64,000 nt of DNA from Alphaproteobacteria bacterium (GTDB taxonomy: Bacteria > Pseudomonadota > Alphaproteobacteria > RF32 > CAG-239), in assembly GCA_044432975.1 (NCBI GenBank), contig JAWXUC010000004.1:30291-94290 (forward strand), given 5' to 3'. This document shows, in pieces, positions 26,159 to 35,682 of the stretch (the stretch's first letter is position 1; every line of letters starts with the position of its first letter). The notes under the pieces were generated by a model, which did no database searches, was not told the origin of the DNA, and saw only the letters and a program-made list of their open reading frames with translations. The translations under genes and the position numbers were made by a program.

Positions 26159-26176
26159 AGGGGCTAAAAAGCCCCT
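26159..26176. terminator. GC hairpin between convergent genes (probable bidirectional terminator)
   Basis: AGGGGC-TAAAAA-GCCCCT; overlaps the adk stop codon. Confidence 0.45.
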
Positions 26177-26790
26177 TTGATGATTTTTTCAATTGTTGTT
26201 TCGATGTTTTGTTGTGTTTTTTTTAAGTCGCCATTAAAGTTATAAAAGTTTTCTGGGTAGAGCTCTTTTAGCTTTATAATTACAGGAAGAGTGTGTTTTT
26301 TATATATATTCAAACGATATAATATTTTTTGGTCATCATCTCTTGTCTTTATAGCGTTTCCACAAATAGGGCATTTTTTGCTAGGATCTTCTAAATGAAT
26401 AAAGTTGCATTTGGTGCAAATTCTTCTAAGATTGGCTCTTCTTAAAATCTCTGTTTCTTCAACATTTATATACAAGATATGAATGTTTTTAATGTTGTTA
26501 AAGCATTTTAATTGTTCTAAATCTCTTGGAAAACCATCAATAAGATTAATTCCTTGTTTGCTTTGAATTGTATCTATAACTTTTTGTATAATATTAATAG
26601 GTACAATATTGCCATTTTTTAAGCATTGAGCAATTTCTTTTCCTTTGGGGTTATTATTTTGAGAAAGCTCTTTAAGTATTGAACTTATCGAAAAATAATT
26701 TATTTCTGGAAATTTTTTTAGAATGAATTGAGATACATAACTTTTTCCTGAGCATGGAGGCCCTACGAGTAAAATTGAAATGTTTTTCAT
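26164..26790 (-). CDS. adk: Adenylate kinase-like protein with zinc-lid, divergent P-loop
   Basis: LVGPPCSGKS P-loop, LID CTKC...CPICG, RDDD motif. Confidence 0.75.
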   Translation of the reverse strand: MKNISILLVGPPCSGKSYVSQFILKKFPEINYFSISSILKELSQNNNPKGKEIAQCLKNGNIVPINIIQKVIDTIQSKQGINLIDGFPRDLEQLKCFNNIKNIHILYINVEETEILRRANLRRICTKCNFIHLEDPSKKCPICGNAIKTRDDDQKILYRLNIYKKHTLPVIIKLKELYPENFYNFNGDLKKTQQNIETTIEKIIKGAF

Positions 26791-26867
26791 AATTTTGTTT
26801 TATTTAGTTTATATTTAATTTTTATTTGAAGGGTAAACTAAATGATTTTTGCTTTATTGTCAATGAA

Positions 26868-27884
26868 TTATCTTTTGTAGCCGCTTGAAATTTGCATTAG
26901 CAAATATGATACAATTTCTTCTTTTGGCATGTTGTTTGTTCTTAAATCTTTTTGGGCGTCATATAATAAATTATTTATCATTAACAATTTGCTTTTGTTC
27001 CAGCTTTTTGCTTGAGATTTAAATGAGTCTTTTCTTAAAAAAATTAATCTTGGTACAACTTTGTTTATGGCTTCTTCTGTTGTGAACCCATCTTCAATAA
27101 ATGAGGCTACTTGTAATAGTTTGAAAAAATGATATGAAAGCATTGTAACAATTGTTGATGGATCTTCTCCTTCTTTTATTAATGTTTCATAGTGTTTTTG
27201 AGCTTTTTCAAGGTTTCCTGTGCAGGCGGCGTAAATGATATCATCAAAAGAAGAGCCAGAAACATCTGAGACACAAATTAAAATATTTTCTGTTGAGATG
27301 TTTTTCTTATTGCCCATATACATCATTAATTTATCGATTTCTGACATTGAAGATAATCTGTCTGCGCTTAGTCTTGATATTAGTAAAGTTAGGGCATCAT
27401 AATCTATGGTAAATCCGTTTGAAACTAGTTTATCTTTAACTGCTTTTGATATATCTTCTGCTCTGTCATCATAACAAGCAAATGTTGATAGGGAATCTTC
27501 TTTTTCAAAGAATTTTACTAAGCTTGAACCTTTATTGAAAGAAGTGCTTGATAATATTAAAAGGGTGTTTGAATTGCTTGCAAATAATGCTTCTATATTT
27601 TTAGTGAGTTCATCGCTGACGTCTTTTACAACAACAACTCTTCTGTCCCCCATCATTGAAACAGCATTGTATTCTGATGATAATAGTCCAAAGTCTTTTT
27701 TTATGTTTTCAAAATCAATTTGAGCAACATTAAAAGGATCTTGTTCATCCTCACTGATTGTTTTTATTAGTTTTTTTATAGTGGATTCAATTAAGCCAAC
27801 GTTTTCACCATATAATAGAAACCCTTTTATATTTGAAAGAGGTTTTTTTATATATTGATCTATTTGAGGTTGTTTATATATCAT
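26868..27884 (-). CDS. holA: DNA polymerase III subunit delta
   Basis: HolA-like length; FLLYGEN.. start region; follows lptE as in many proteobacteria. The longer ORF start at 27917 would overlap lptE by 44 nt, so 27884 is preferred. Confidence 0.7.
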   Translation of the reverse strand: MIYKQPQIDQYIKKPLSNIKGFLLYGENVGLIESTIKKLIKTISEDEQDPFNVAQIDFENIKKDFGLLSSEYNAVSMMGDRRVVVVKDVSDELTKNIEALFASNSNTLLILSSTSFNKGSSLVKFFEKEDSLSTFACYDDRAEDISKAVKDKLVSNGFTIDYDALTLLISRLSADRLSSMSEIDKLMMYMGNKKNISTENILICVSDVSGSSFDDIIYAACTGNLEKAQKHYETLIKEGEDPSTIVTMLSYHFFKLLQVASFIEDGFTTEEAINKVVPRLIFLRKDSFKSQAKSWNKSKLLMINNLLYDAQKDLRTNNMPKEEIVSYLLMQISSGYKR

Positions 27885-28422
27885 CTTTTTCTTTAATGCT
27901 ATGGAAGTATGAGCCAAGTCTTAAGGTGATGTCATTGGCAATTATTTTCATTGCTTCTTCGTTGGTTTTTTTTCTTGAAATTGTTGAAGAATATGGGCTT
28001 GATAAAACATCAAAGCTGGCATAGGCAACTGCGTCATTGTCTAATATTATTTTATTTTCTTTATCAATAAGCTTATATTTTGCGGTATATTTAACTTTGA
28101 TTCTGGTCGCTGTAATATCTGAACGGAGAGCTTGTTCTGTTTCTTGTAAGCTAATTTCTGCAACAGATAATCTATAATTTGGTGATTGAGGTTGTCCTAG
28201 AGGGTTTAGAGAATCTAATAATTGGTTTCTTAATATTTGACCAACTCTGTCTGGTATTGGTTCTACTTTAATAGTTGCCATGAAATCTGTTACTGAGGTG
28301 TCAAAATCGCCACTAAAATAAAAGTATGAGTTTGTTTCTGGTTTTTTTTGAGCGTATAGAGGCTCAAATCCGCAAGCAGAAAGCAAAAGTAATATTGCAA
28401 CAGAAAAAATATTTTTAATCAT
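27874..28422 (-). CDS. lptE: LPS-assembly lipoprotein LptE
   Basis: Lipobox LLLSAC; position upstream of holA. ATG at 28422 is preferred over 28455. Confidence 0.7.
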   Translation of the reverse strand: MIKNIFSVAILLLLSACGFEPLYAQKKPETNSYFYFSGDFDTSVTDFMATIKVEPIPDRVGQILRNQLLDSLNPLGQPQSPNYRLSVAEISLQETEQALRSDITATRIKVKYTAKYKLIDKENKIILDNDAVAYASFDVLSSPYSSTISRKKTNEEAMKIIANDITLRLGSYFHSIKEKDDI

Positions 28423-28498
28423 TAGAAATCCTTTTTTTACATAATACAACAGCATTTATAAATTTCAAGTAAATATATTTTGAATGAAAAACTATTGT

Positions 28499-28538
28499 AA
28501 TTACGCATTACGTAGAACGTTCTACGTAATGCGTAATT
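28499..28538. repeat. Perfect 40-bp palindrome
   Basis: AATTACGCATTACGTAGAAC|GTTCTACGTAATGCGTAATT, 6 nt downstream of the Xre ORF stop. Confidence 0.9.
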
Positions 28539-28544
28539 TTTTAA

Positions 28545-28772
28545 TTAAATCTCTTTAGATTTAAGGATAATAGATATATCTTGATTATAATACTTTGCTA
28601 AGATTTTAATCATTCTAATATCTAAAACACCTTTGCCAAGTTCTGTTTTTTCTAATAAATCTTTATTGATTTTTACTTCTTTTGCAACAGTTGCTAATCT
28701 TTTAGATTTTTCTTGCCTGAGTTTGAAAATTTGCAAGCCAAATTCTTTTTTTATGTTTTTTATTTTCGTCAT
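28545..28772 (-). CDS. Small Xre/Cro-type helix-turn-helix protein (75 aa)
   Basis: Paralogue of 15064-15282 (KEFGLQIFKLRQE..LEKTELG..ILAKYY); the same GGAGTGAAAAAATG start context. Confidence 0.75.
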   Translation of the reverse strand: MTKIKNIKKEFGLQIFKLRQEKSKRLATVAKEVKINKDLLEKTELGKGVLDIRMIKILAKYYNQDISIILKSKEI

Positions 28773-28791
28773 TTTTTCACTCCAATTTGTT

Positions 28792-28957
28792 AAAACAAAA
28801 CCACCTGATTTATATCAAGTGGTGGAGCTGAAAAACTGCCAAGACAGCTATCCTTATTTGGCATAGCCTTATTCGGACGCTCCACCTAGTGGTGAGCGTT
28901 TCTTGGTAGTGTTTTTCAAGCACCATACATAATAATATCAGCCAAGCAATCTTGACT
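28792..28957 (-). ncRNA. Unclassified structured RNA / leader, copy 2 of 3
   Basis: Same block order and helices as copy 1. Terminator CCACTTGAT..ATCAGGTGG + TTTTGTTTT on the minus strand. Confidence 0.75.
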
Positions 28958-28964
28958 GATATTT

Positions 28965-28993
28965 AATATATAAGAATCTTTTTTATTTGTAAA
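28965..28993 (-). promoter_or_regulatory. Sigma-70-type promoter of structured RNA copy 2
   Basis: Minus strand TTTACA (28993-28988), 17-nt spacer, TATATT (28970-28965). Starts 5 nt after the rph stop. Confidence 0.55.
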
Positions 28994-28998
28994 TGTTT

Positions 28999-29715
28999 TT
29001 ATAAATTTAATGCTTCTTTTTGTTTTTCAATTAATTGCATTATGCCGTTTTTAGCTAGTTCGTATAAAATATCGTATTCTTTTTTGCTAAAGGTTTTGCC
29101 TTCGGCGGTGCCTTGGACTTCTACTAAGCCTTCTGATTGCGTCATTACAAAGTTTATGTCTACATCTGCATGACAATCTTCGGCATAATCAACATCAACC
29201 ACACAAGCTTGGTTTGAAATTGCGCAAGAAATTGCTGCTACAAATTCTTTTATTGGGTTTTCTTTTAATTGACCTTCTGCGATTAATTTTTGCACTGCCA
29301 AATAAAGAGCAACAAAACCACCTGTTATAGATGCGGTGCGTGTTCCGCCATCGGCTTGGATTACGTCGCAGTCTATTGTGGCGCTAAAGCCATTGAATTT
29401 TTCTAAATCAACAACGGCACGCAAAGAGCGTCCGATTAATCTTTGAATTTCTTGAGAGCGACCAGAAATACCCTTAACATCTCTTTTAACTCTAGTAGTG
29501 CAAGAGCGAGGGAGCATTGAATATTCTGCAGTTACCCAACCTTTGTTTTGACCTTTTAGCCAAGATGGAACTTTATCTTCAATGCTTGCGGTACATATAA
29601 CGTGAGTGTTGCCAAACTTGATTAAGCAAGAACCTTCCGCATATGCATTAAAGTTAGGGATAATGGATATATCCCTAACTTCATTGTTTTGTCTTTTTGA
29701 CGGACGGTTGGTCAT
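28999..29715 (-). CDS. rph: Ribonuclease PH
   Basis: RPSKRQNNEVR..., GGTRTASITG motif. Confidence 0.95.
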   Translation of the reverse strand: MTNRPSKRQNNEVRDISIIPNFNAYAEGSCLIKFGNTHVICTASIEDKVPSWLKGQNKGWVTAEYSMLPRSCTTRVKRDVKGISGRSQEIQRLIGRSLRAVVDLEKFNGFSATIDCDVIQADGGTRTASITGGFVALYLAVQKLIAEGQLKENPIKEFVAAISCAISNQACVVDVDYAEDCHADVDINFVMTQSEGLVEVQGTAEGKTFSKKEYDILYELAKNGIMQLIEKQKEALNL

Positions 29716-29716
29716 C

Positions 29717-31006
<1,290 letters not shown>

Positions 31007-31091
31007 CTATATAATTATTTAATGCTTACGATAAATTAACTCTTTTATATTATATGTCAATAATAATATTGTTTTTGTAAAGGTTTTGATT

Positions 31092-31700
31092 ATGAAGAAT
31101 TTTGCGTTGAAATATGGTGGTAGAATTATTTTGATTTTGTTGGTAATTAGGGCTGCTGTTTTGTTTTATGATGAAGAAAAAAAATCTTCTGAAGTTGACA
31201 ATAAAAGGCAAACAATTTCTCAAAAAGAAGCAAAAAAAGAATTAGAATATAAAATTGCAATGGGTGAGATGAAAGCTGTGCAAGAAACATTGAAAAAAAA
31301 GGATGGCTGGGTTAGGGAATATGGACGTTTTTCTGGCGAGCTTACTGTTGAAACATTCTATAAAGATGGAATTGTAAGAATTCATAAAGATTATAGTTTT
31401 AATAAAAAAATGAGAGAACTTTATTGGGATGATGAACATACAGAAAATTATAGAGAAGTTTTGTTTTATTTAAATTCAGGAAAATTGATGAGCGATATAA
31501 CCTATAAAAATAAGGATATTGTTAAGGGAAAATGTTTTGACCTGTATGGTAAAGAGTATGATTTGGATAAAAAAAGATTAGGGAATGGAGCTTTTGGCCC
31601 CGTATCTATTCCTAGTTTTGATGAAGTTACAAAAAAAGAGTTAAATACGACAACATATAATGATACGGATAGTGGAACCATTTACACTTTGTGCCAATAA
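31092..31700 (+). CDS. Membrane-anchored hypothetical protein (possible MORN/YwqK-like repeats)
   Basis: N-terminal TM; weak repeats of the YKDG..type. ATG at 31092 lies within the TTG-started ORF. Confidence 0.45.
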   Translation: MKNFALKYGGRIILILLVIRAAVLFYDEEKKSSEVDNKRQTISQKEAKKELEYKIAMGEMKAVQETLKKKDGWVREYGRFSGELTVETFYKDGIVRIHKDYSFNKKMRELYWDDEHTENYREVLFYLNSGKLMSDITYKNKDIVKGKCFDLYGKEYDLDKKRLGNGAFGPVSIPSFDEVTKKELNTTTYNDTDSGTIYTLCQ

Positions 31701-31752
31701 TTATTTTTTACTTGACTTTTGTTTTTTTTGTTATTAAAAGCTTTTTGTTGAT

Positions 31753-31829
31753 GGCGATCGTAGCTCAGTTGGTAGAGCCCCGGTTTGTGGTACCGGTTGT
31801 CGCGAGTTCGAGCCTCGTCGTTCGCCCCA
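31753..31829 (+). tRNA. tRNA-His (GTG) with encoded G-1 and CCA
   Basis: The cloverleaf folds by hand: G-1, acceptor GCGATCG/CGTTCGC (one T-T mismatch), D arm GCTC..GAGC, anticodon stem CCGGT/ACCGG with loop TTGTGGT, T arm GCGAG-TTCGAGC-CTCGT, discriminator C, CCA. Confidence 0.92.
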
Positions 31830-31836
31830 TGTTCTT

Positions 31837-31866
31837 AAGCCCCTGATTATTCAGTGGGCTTTTTTT
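31837..31866 (+). terminator. Intrinsic terminator after tRNA-His
   Basis: AAGCCCCTGA / TCAGTGGGCTT followed by TTTTTT. Confidence 0.7.
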
Positions 31867-31967
31867 GTTACTAAAGTTAATGACAGAACATTAATAGAAC
31901 GTTTTGCTTGACAATCAGTTTTTTAGAATATAATCTTTAAGTATAAAGTAGATTTTAGAGGAATGTT

Positions 31968-32957
31968 ATGAGTGAAATAATTATTTATCAAACAGATGAT
32001 GGTAAAAGCAAAATTGACGTTAAGTTAGAAAACGAAACTATGTGGCTAACTCAAGCTCAAATGGTTGATCTTTTTCAAACCACCAAACAAAATATAAGTC
32101 TCCATATTAAAAACATTTTTGACGAAGGGGAATTGTTTGTAGATGCAACTGTCAAGGATTACTTGACAGTTCAAAAAGAAGGGCAACGAGAGGTCAATAG
32201 AAATATAGCATACTATAACCTAGATATGGTGATTGCGGTTGGTTATCGGGTAAAATCTAATATTGGCACACAATTTAGAATTTGGGCGACAAATATCTTA
32301 AAAGAATATATGATAAAAGGCTTTGCAATGGATGATGACCGCTTAAAACAAGCTGGTGGTGGTTCATATTGGAAAGAGCTTTTAGAAAGAATCAGAGATA
32401 TCCGCTCTTCGGAAAAAGTTTTATACCGTCAAGTCTTAGATTTATATTCCTTAAGTGTTGATTATGACCCCAAATCATCTGAATCTTTAAAGTTTTTTAA
32501 GATTGTGCAAAATAAATTGCACTATGCAACACACGGGCAGACCGCTTCAGAGCTTATTTATAAACGTGCAGATGCACAAAAGCCTTTTATGGGTTTGACC
32601 ACGTTTGAGGGAACTTTGCCAACAAAAAAAGAGGCTCAAATTGCAAAAAATTATCTTGATGAGAATGAACTTAAGACTTTGAACAATCTCGTTTCTGGTT
32701 ATTTTGATCTTGCAGAAGTTTATGCAAAGAAAAAACAGCACTTGTATATGAAAGATTATGCCCAACATTTGGATAACATCTTAAATGCCAATGGTGATGG
32801 GGTTCTCAAAGGGGCTGGAACAGTTAGCCATAAACAAGCAATGAGCAAAGTTGATATTGAATATGACAAATATCAAGAAATGACCCTAACTCCAGTAGAA
32901 ACCGCATATCTAGAAACAATTAAAGATTTAGAGCACAAAATTACAAAAAACTCTTAA
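31968..32957 (+). CDS. rhuM: RhuM-family virulence-associated protein
   Basis: N-terminal IIIYQTDDGKSKIDVKLENETMWLTQAQM..FQTTKQNISLHIKNIF and YYNLDMVIAVGYRVKS..QFRIWAT are characteristic of RhuM. Confidence 0.85.
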   Translation: MSEIIIYQTDDGKSKIDVKLENETMWLTQAQMVDLFQTTKQNISLHIKNIFDEGELFVDATVKDYLTVQKEGQREVNRNIAYYNLDMVIAVGYRVKSNIGTQFRIWATNILKEYMIKGFAMDDDRLKQAGGGSYWKELLERIRDIRSSEKVLYRQVLDLYSLSVDYDPKSSESLKFFKIVQNKLHYATHGQTASELIYKRADAQKPFMGLTTFEGTLPTKKEAQIAKNYLDENELKTLNNLVSGYFDLAEVYAKKKQHLYMKDYAQHLDNILNANGDGVLKGAGTVSHKQAMSKVDIEYDKYQEMTLTPVETAYLETIKDLEHKITKNS

Positions 32958-33058
32958 GTCTATCAGGCAAATGCTCTTTTAAGAGCAACACGTGTTGATA
33001 TTGGCTCATAATTTCATCATAGTGTGCGGATAAAAGTTGCGAATATATCGTTTCAAAA

Positions 33059-33090
33059 GAGCCTCGTCGTTCGCTCCATATTCCAAGCCC
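33059..33090 (+). repeat. Direct repeat of the tRNA-His 3' end (att-like islet boundary)
   Basis: GAGCCTCGTCGTTCGCTCCATATTCCAAGCCC versus tRNA 31810-31842 GAGCCTCGTCGTTCGCCCCATGTTCTTAAGCCC; followed by its own hairpin + T-run. Confidence 0.75.
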
Positions 33091-33260
33091 TGCAGTTTTG
33101 CGGGGCTTTTTGTTTGATAAAACTCTTGACGTTGGTGGTTTTTTGTTTTATTGTTTATTTGTTCTTGTCGTCTGAAGGGCTTATAGGCGAAGAATTTGTT
33201 AAACCGAGCCAGTTTAAATGAAGTTTAGATTTTTATTACTTTATTTTCTATGGCTCCAAT

Positions 33261-33424
33261 TAAGAGCATTTAACAATTAAATAGACTAATTTTTTGCTTG
33301 TCTTTTTATTTTTGTTTTTTGACTTTTTTCCTTATGGAGAGCCTACTCCACTGCGTCAAAAAATCAAATCCAAAAATAAAAATCCCTCACAAAAATAATT
33401 CTATTTAATTGTTAAATGCTCTAG
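33261..33424. mobile_element. Palindromic MITE (copy B1)
   Basis: Perfect 22-bp TIR AGAGCATTTAACAATTAAATAG (33263-33284 / 33401-33422). The core is nearly identical to 58124-58287. Confidence 0.8.
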
Positions 33425-33435
33425 GGAGTTTTTTT

Positions 33436-33975
33436 ATGTCTTATAAATATAAACATGGTTTGAGTATTATGAGGGCTCAACCTTTTCATATTGGTCATCA
33501 AAAGATTATTGATTTAATGTTAACTCAATGTGAGCAAGTTACGCTTATTTTGGGCTCTATTCAAGAGCACGGAACAGAGAGAAATCCTCTTAGTTATACA
33601 ATTAGAAAAAAATGTTTGCAAAACGTCTATCGCAATAATCCTAATTATAGCAGGTTAAAAATTGTTGGTTTGTTTGACATTAATAATCCTGCAGAATGGG
33701 CAGAGTATGTTTTAGATTTTATGCTTGAGCATTTTCCTGATTTGGCAAGGCCTGATGTTTATTATGCGGGTAGTAATTATGATGCGCATTGGTTTAAGAA
33801 TGCTTTTGAAAAAATAGAAATCGTTGATAGGGTTGATGAAAATTTCCCATTTGTTTCTGCCTCAATGATTAGGGATATGTTAAAGTTCGGTGATAAAAGA
33901 TGGAAGAATTTTATTCATCCTGAAAATCACACTTTAATTGAAGAAAACTTTTATAAGAAAAAACATGTTTTATGA
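33436..33975 (+). CDS. Nicotinamide-nucleotide adenylyltransferase (NadM/cytidylyltransferase-like)
   Basis: AQPFHIGHQ (HxGH) motif; adjacent to nadE. ATG at 33436 follows AGGGAG; the longer ORF start lies inside the MITE. Confidence 0.8.
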   Translation: MSYKYKHGLSIMRAQPFHIGHQKIIDLMLTQCEQVTLILGSIQEHGTERNPLSYTIRKKCLQNVYRNNPNYSRLKIVGLFDINNPAEWAEYVLDFMLEHFPDLARPDVYYAGSNYDAHWFKNAFEKIEIVDRVDENFPFVSASMIRDMLKFGDKRWKNFIHPENHTLIEENFYKKKHVL

Positions 33976-33986
33976 GGAGGCGTATA

Positions 33987-34760
33987 ATGGAAAATACATG
34001 GAATAATTTAGTTGATGGATTAAGAGGTTATTGCAAAGATAATGGATTTAAGAAAGTTGTTTTAGGGCTTTCTGGTGGATTAGATTCTGCGGTGGTTAGT
34101 GTTTTGGCAACGCAAGCTTTGGGAAAGGAAAATGTCGTTGCGATTATGATGAAGACACAATTTACATCTGATTTGAGTATTAATATAGCTCGTAATGTTG
34201 CAAAGCTTAATGGCTTTGAATATCAGGAGGTTGATATTCAGCCATTGATTGATGTTCAAAGAAAATATTTTGCAGAAATGTTTGATGATGAACCAGATGA
34301 TTTAGTGATGCAAAATTTGCAAGCAAGGCAAAGAGGGATGATTTTAATGTCATATTCAAATCAATTTGGAAATTTGGTTTTGGCTTGTGGCAATAAATCT
34401 GAAATTGCTATGGGCTATTGCACTCTTTATGGAGACACTTGTGGTGGGCTTGCGCCAATTGGTAATATTTATAAGTCTGATTTATTTGAGATTGCAAAGT
34501 GGCAAAATTCAATAAAAGAACAGTTTCCGATTGAGGCTATAAATAGGGCTCCGAGTGCTGAGCTTAAAGAAGGGCAAAAAGATGAAGATTCTATTCCATC
34601 TTATGCTTTATTAGATAAGATATTAAAACTTTATCTAGATGAAGGTTGTGATAGGGAGTTTATTTTACAACAAGGATTTGATGCCAAAACAGTTGATTTT
34701 GTTATTATGCAATATAATAAAATGTTGTTTAAACAAAAGCAACTGCCTTTGGCTTTGTGA
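33987..34760 (+). CDS. nadE: NH3-dependent NAD+ synthetase
   Basis: GLSGGLDSAV PP-loop; ATG at 33987 follows GAGGAGG. Confidence 0.9.
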   Translation: MENTWNNLVDGLRGYCKDNGFKKVVLGLSGGLDSAVVSVLATQALGKENVVAIMMKTQFTSDLSINIARNVAKLNGFEYQEVDIQPLIDVQRKYFAEMFDDEPDDLVMQNLQARQRGMILMSYSNQFGNLVLACGNKSEIAMGYCTLYGDTCGGLAPIGNIYKSDLFEIAKWQNSIKEQFPIEAINRAPSAELKEGQKDEDSIPSYALLDKILKLYLDEGCDREFILQQGFDAKTVDFVIMQYNKMLFKQKQLPLAL

Positions 34761-34777
34761 TTAATTATAATAGGAAG

Positions 34778-34819
34778 AAAACTGTATTAATAAAAACAAA
34801 TATAAAATACAGTTTTTTT
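34778..34819 (+). terminator. Possible terminator after nadE (AT-rich, large loop)
   Basis: AAAACTGTAT / ATACAGTTTT followed by TTT. Confidence 0.35.
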
Positions 34820-34849
34820 ATCTTTACTTTTTAATATTTTACCCTTAAA

Positions 34850-35049
34850 CTTGTTGTTGGATAGGTTGATTACCTATCTGAGGTGTCGAAACCTCTTTAA
34901 GCACGTCTTGAAAGACGTTAAATTTTACATACTTTCTAGTCTATGACTGGAAGGTGGTAAAATAAAGCCCTTGCGGTTGAATATACCGCACTATTTTGCT
35001 TAAATAGTTTCGAACTTCCAGTCGCCCCTCATCATGGCGATATTTTTTT
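34850..35049 (+). ncRNA. Candidate structured RNA or 5' leader upstream of the OMP gene
   Basis: Hairpins at 34860-34878, 34880-34895 and 34903-34918. A 9-bp long-range stem GACTGGAAG/CTTCCAGTC (34945-34953 / 35015-35023) encloses two hairpins. GC hairpin TCGCC..GGCGA + T-run ends at 35049, 25 nt before the ATG. Confidence 0.4.
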
Positions 35050-35073
35050 AATTAAAAAAAGGAAACTTAAACT

Positions 35074-35619
35074 ATGAAAAAAACTTTATTACTTGCAGGC
35101 GTTGCTTGCGTTTTATCTTTTAACTCTAATGCTTCTGAAATCAAACCTTATGTTGGTTTAGATGTCGGAGTGGTTAGTGCAGATTTAGCTAATGGCTATG
35201 ATTTAATTGCAGAAGATAGTTTATATACATATTCAGTTAATGCAGGTGCAAAAATTAATGATAATTTTGGTTTAGAGGCTTTTTATCAAACTTCTTCTGA
35301 AGAAGATAAAACAATTGGCGCACTGACAACAACCACAAGTTTTGATGCTTATGGCCTAGACGTTATTGGATATTTACCAATAACAGAAAAAACAAATTTA
35401 TTAGGTTCTGTTGGTTTAGCTCAATATGACTTTGAGTTAAAAGCAACAGGGCTTGCAACAGAAAGCGAAGATGGCTTAGGTTGTCGTTTTGCTGTTGGTG
35501 CTGATTATAACTTAACAGATAATGTTTCTTTTAGAGCAATGGCTCGTTATGTTACTTTAGATACTGATAATGTTGATAGTCTAACAGAATTTTCTGTTGG
35601 TGCTAGATATTCTTTCTAG
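35074..35619 (+). CDS. Small outer-membrane beta-barrel protein (OmpA-like barrel/porin family)
   Basis: Signal peptide, alternating beta-strand pattern, C-terminal ...GARYSF. Confidence 0.8.
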   Translation: MKKTLLLAGVACVLSFNSNASEIKPYVGLDVGVVSADLANGYDLIAEDSLYTYSVNAGAKINDNFGLEAFYQTSSEEDKTIGALTTTTSFDAYGLDVIGYLPITEKTNLLGSVGLAQYDFELKATGLATESEDGLGCRFAVGADYNLTDNVSFRAMARYVTLDTDNVDSLTEFSVGARYSF

Positions 35620-35682
35620 GCAGTTTATTAGAAATAGAGTGTTTGTTGGGGAGAATGTAGTTTTCCCCAATAATTTTTTAAG

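Noticed and set aside
28499-28538. 40-bp palindrome as a canonical Rho-independent terminator for the Xre gene
   Set aside because: On the minus strand it is not followed by a T-run. It is recorded as a palindrome of unknown role instead.
31086-31700. Toxin-antitoxin YwqK-type assignment for the 204-aa protein
   Set aside because: Only weak MORN-like periodicity is visible by eye, which is insufficient for a functional call. It is left as hypothetical.
33024-33221. 65-aa ORF
   Set aside because: It spans the duplicated tRNA-His 3' end and its terminator hairpin, so it is non-coding att-like sequence.
34850-35049. Structured spacer as SRP (4.5S), 6S or RNase P RNA
   Set aside because: No GGAA-tetraloop/AGCA domain IV motif, no GAGGAAAGTCC-type RNase P motif, and not a single long bulged hairpin as in 6S RNA. 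It is kept only as an unclassified candidate.
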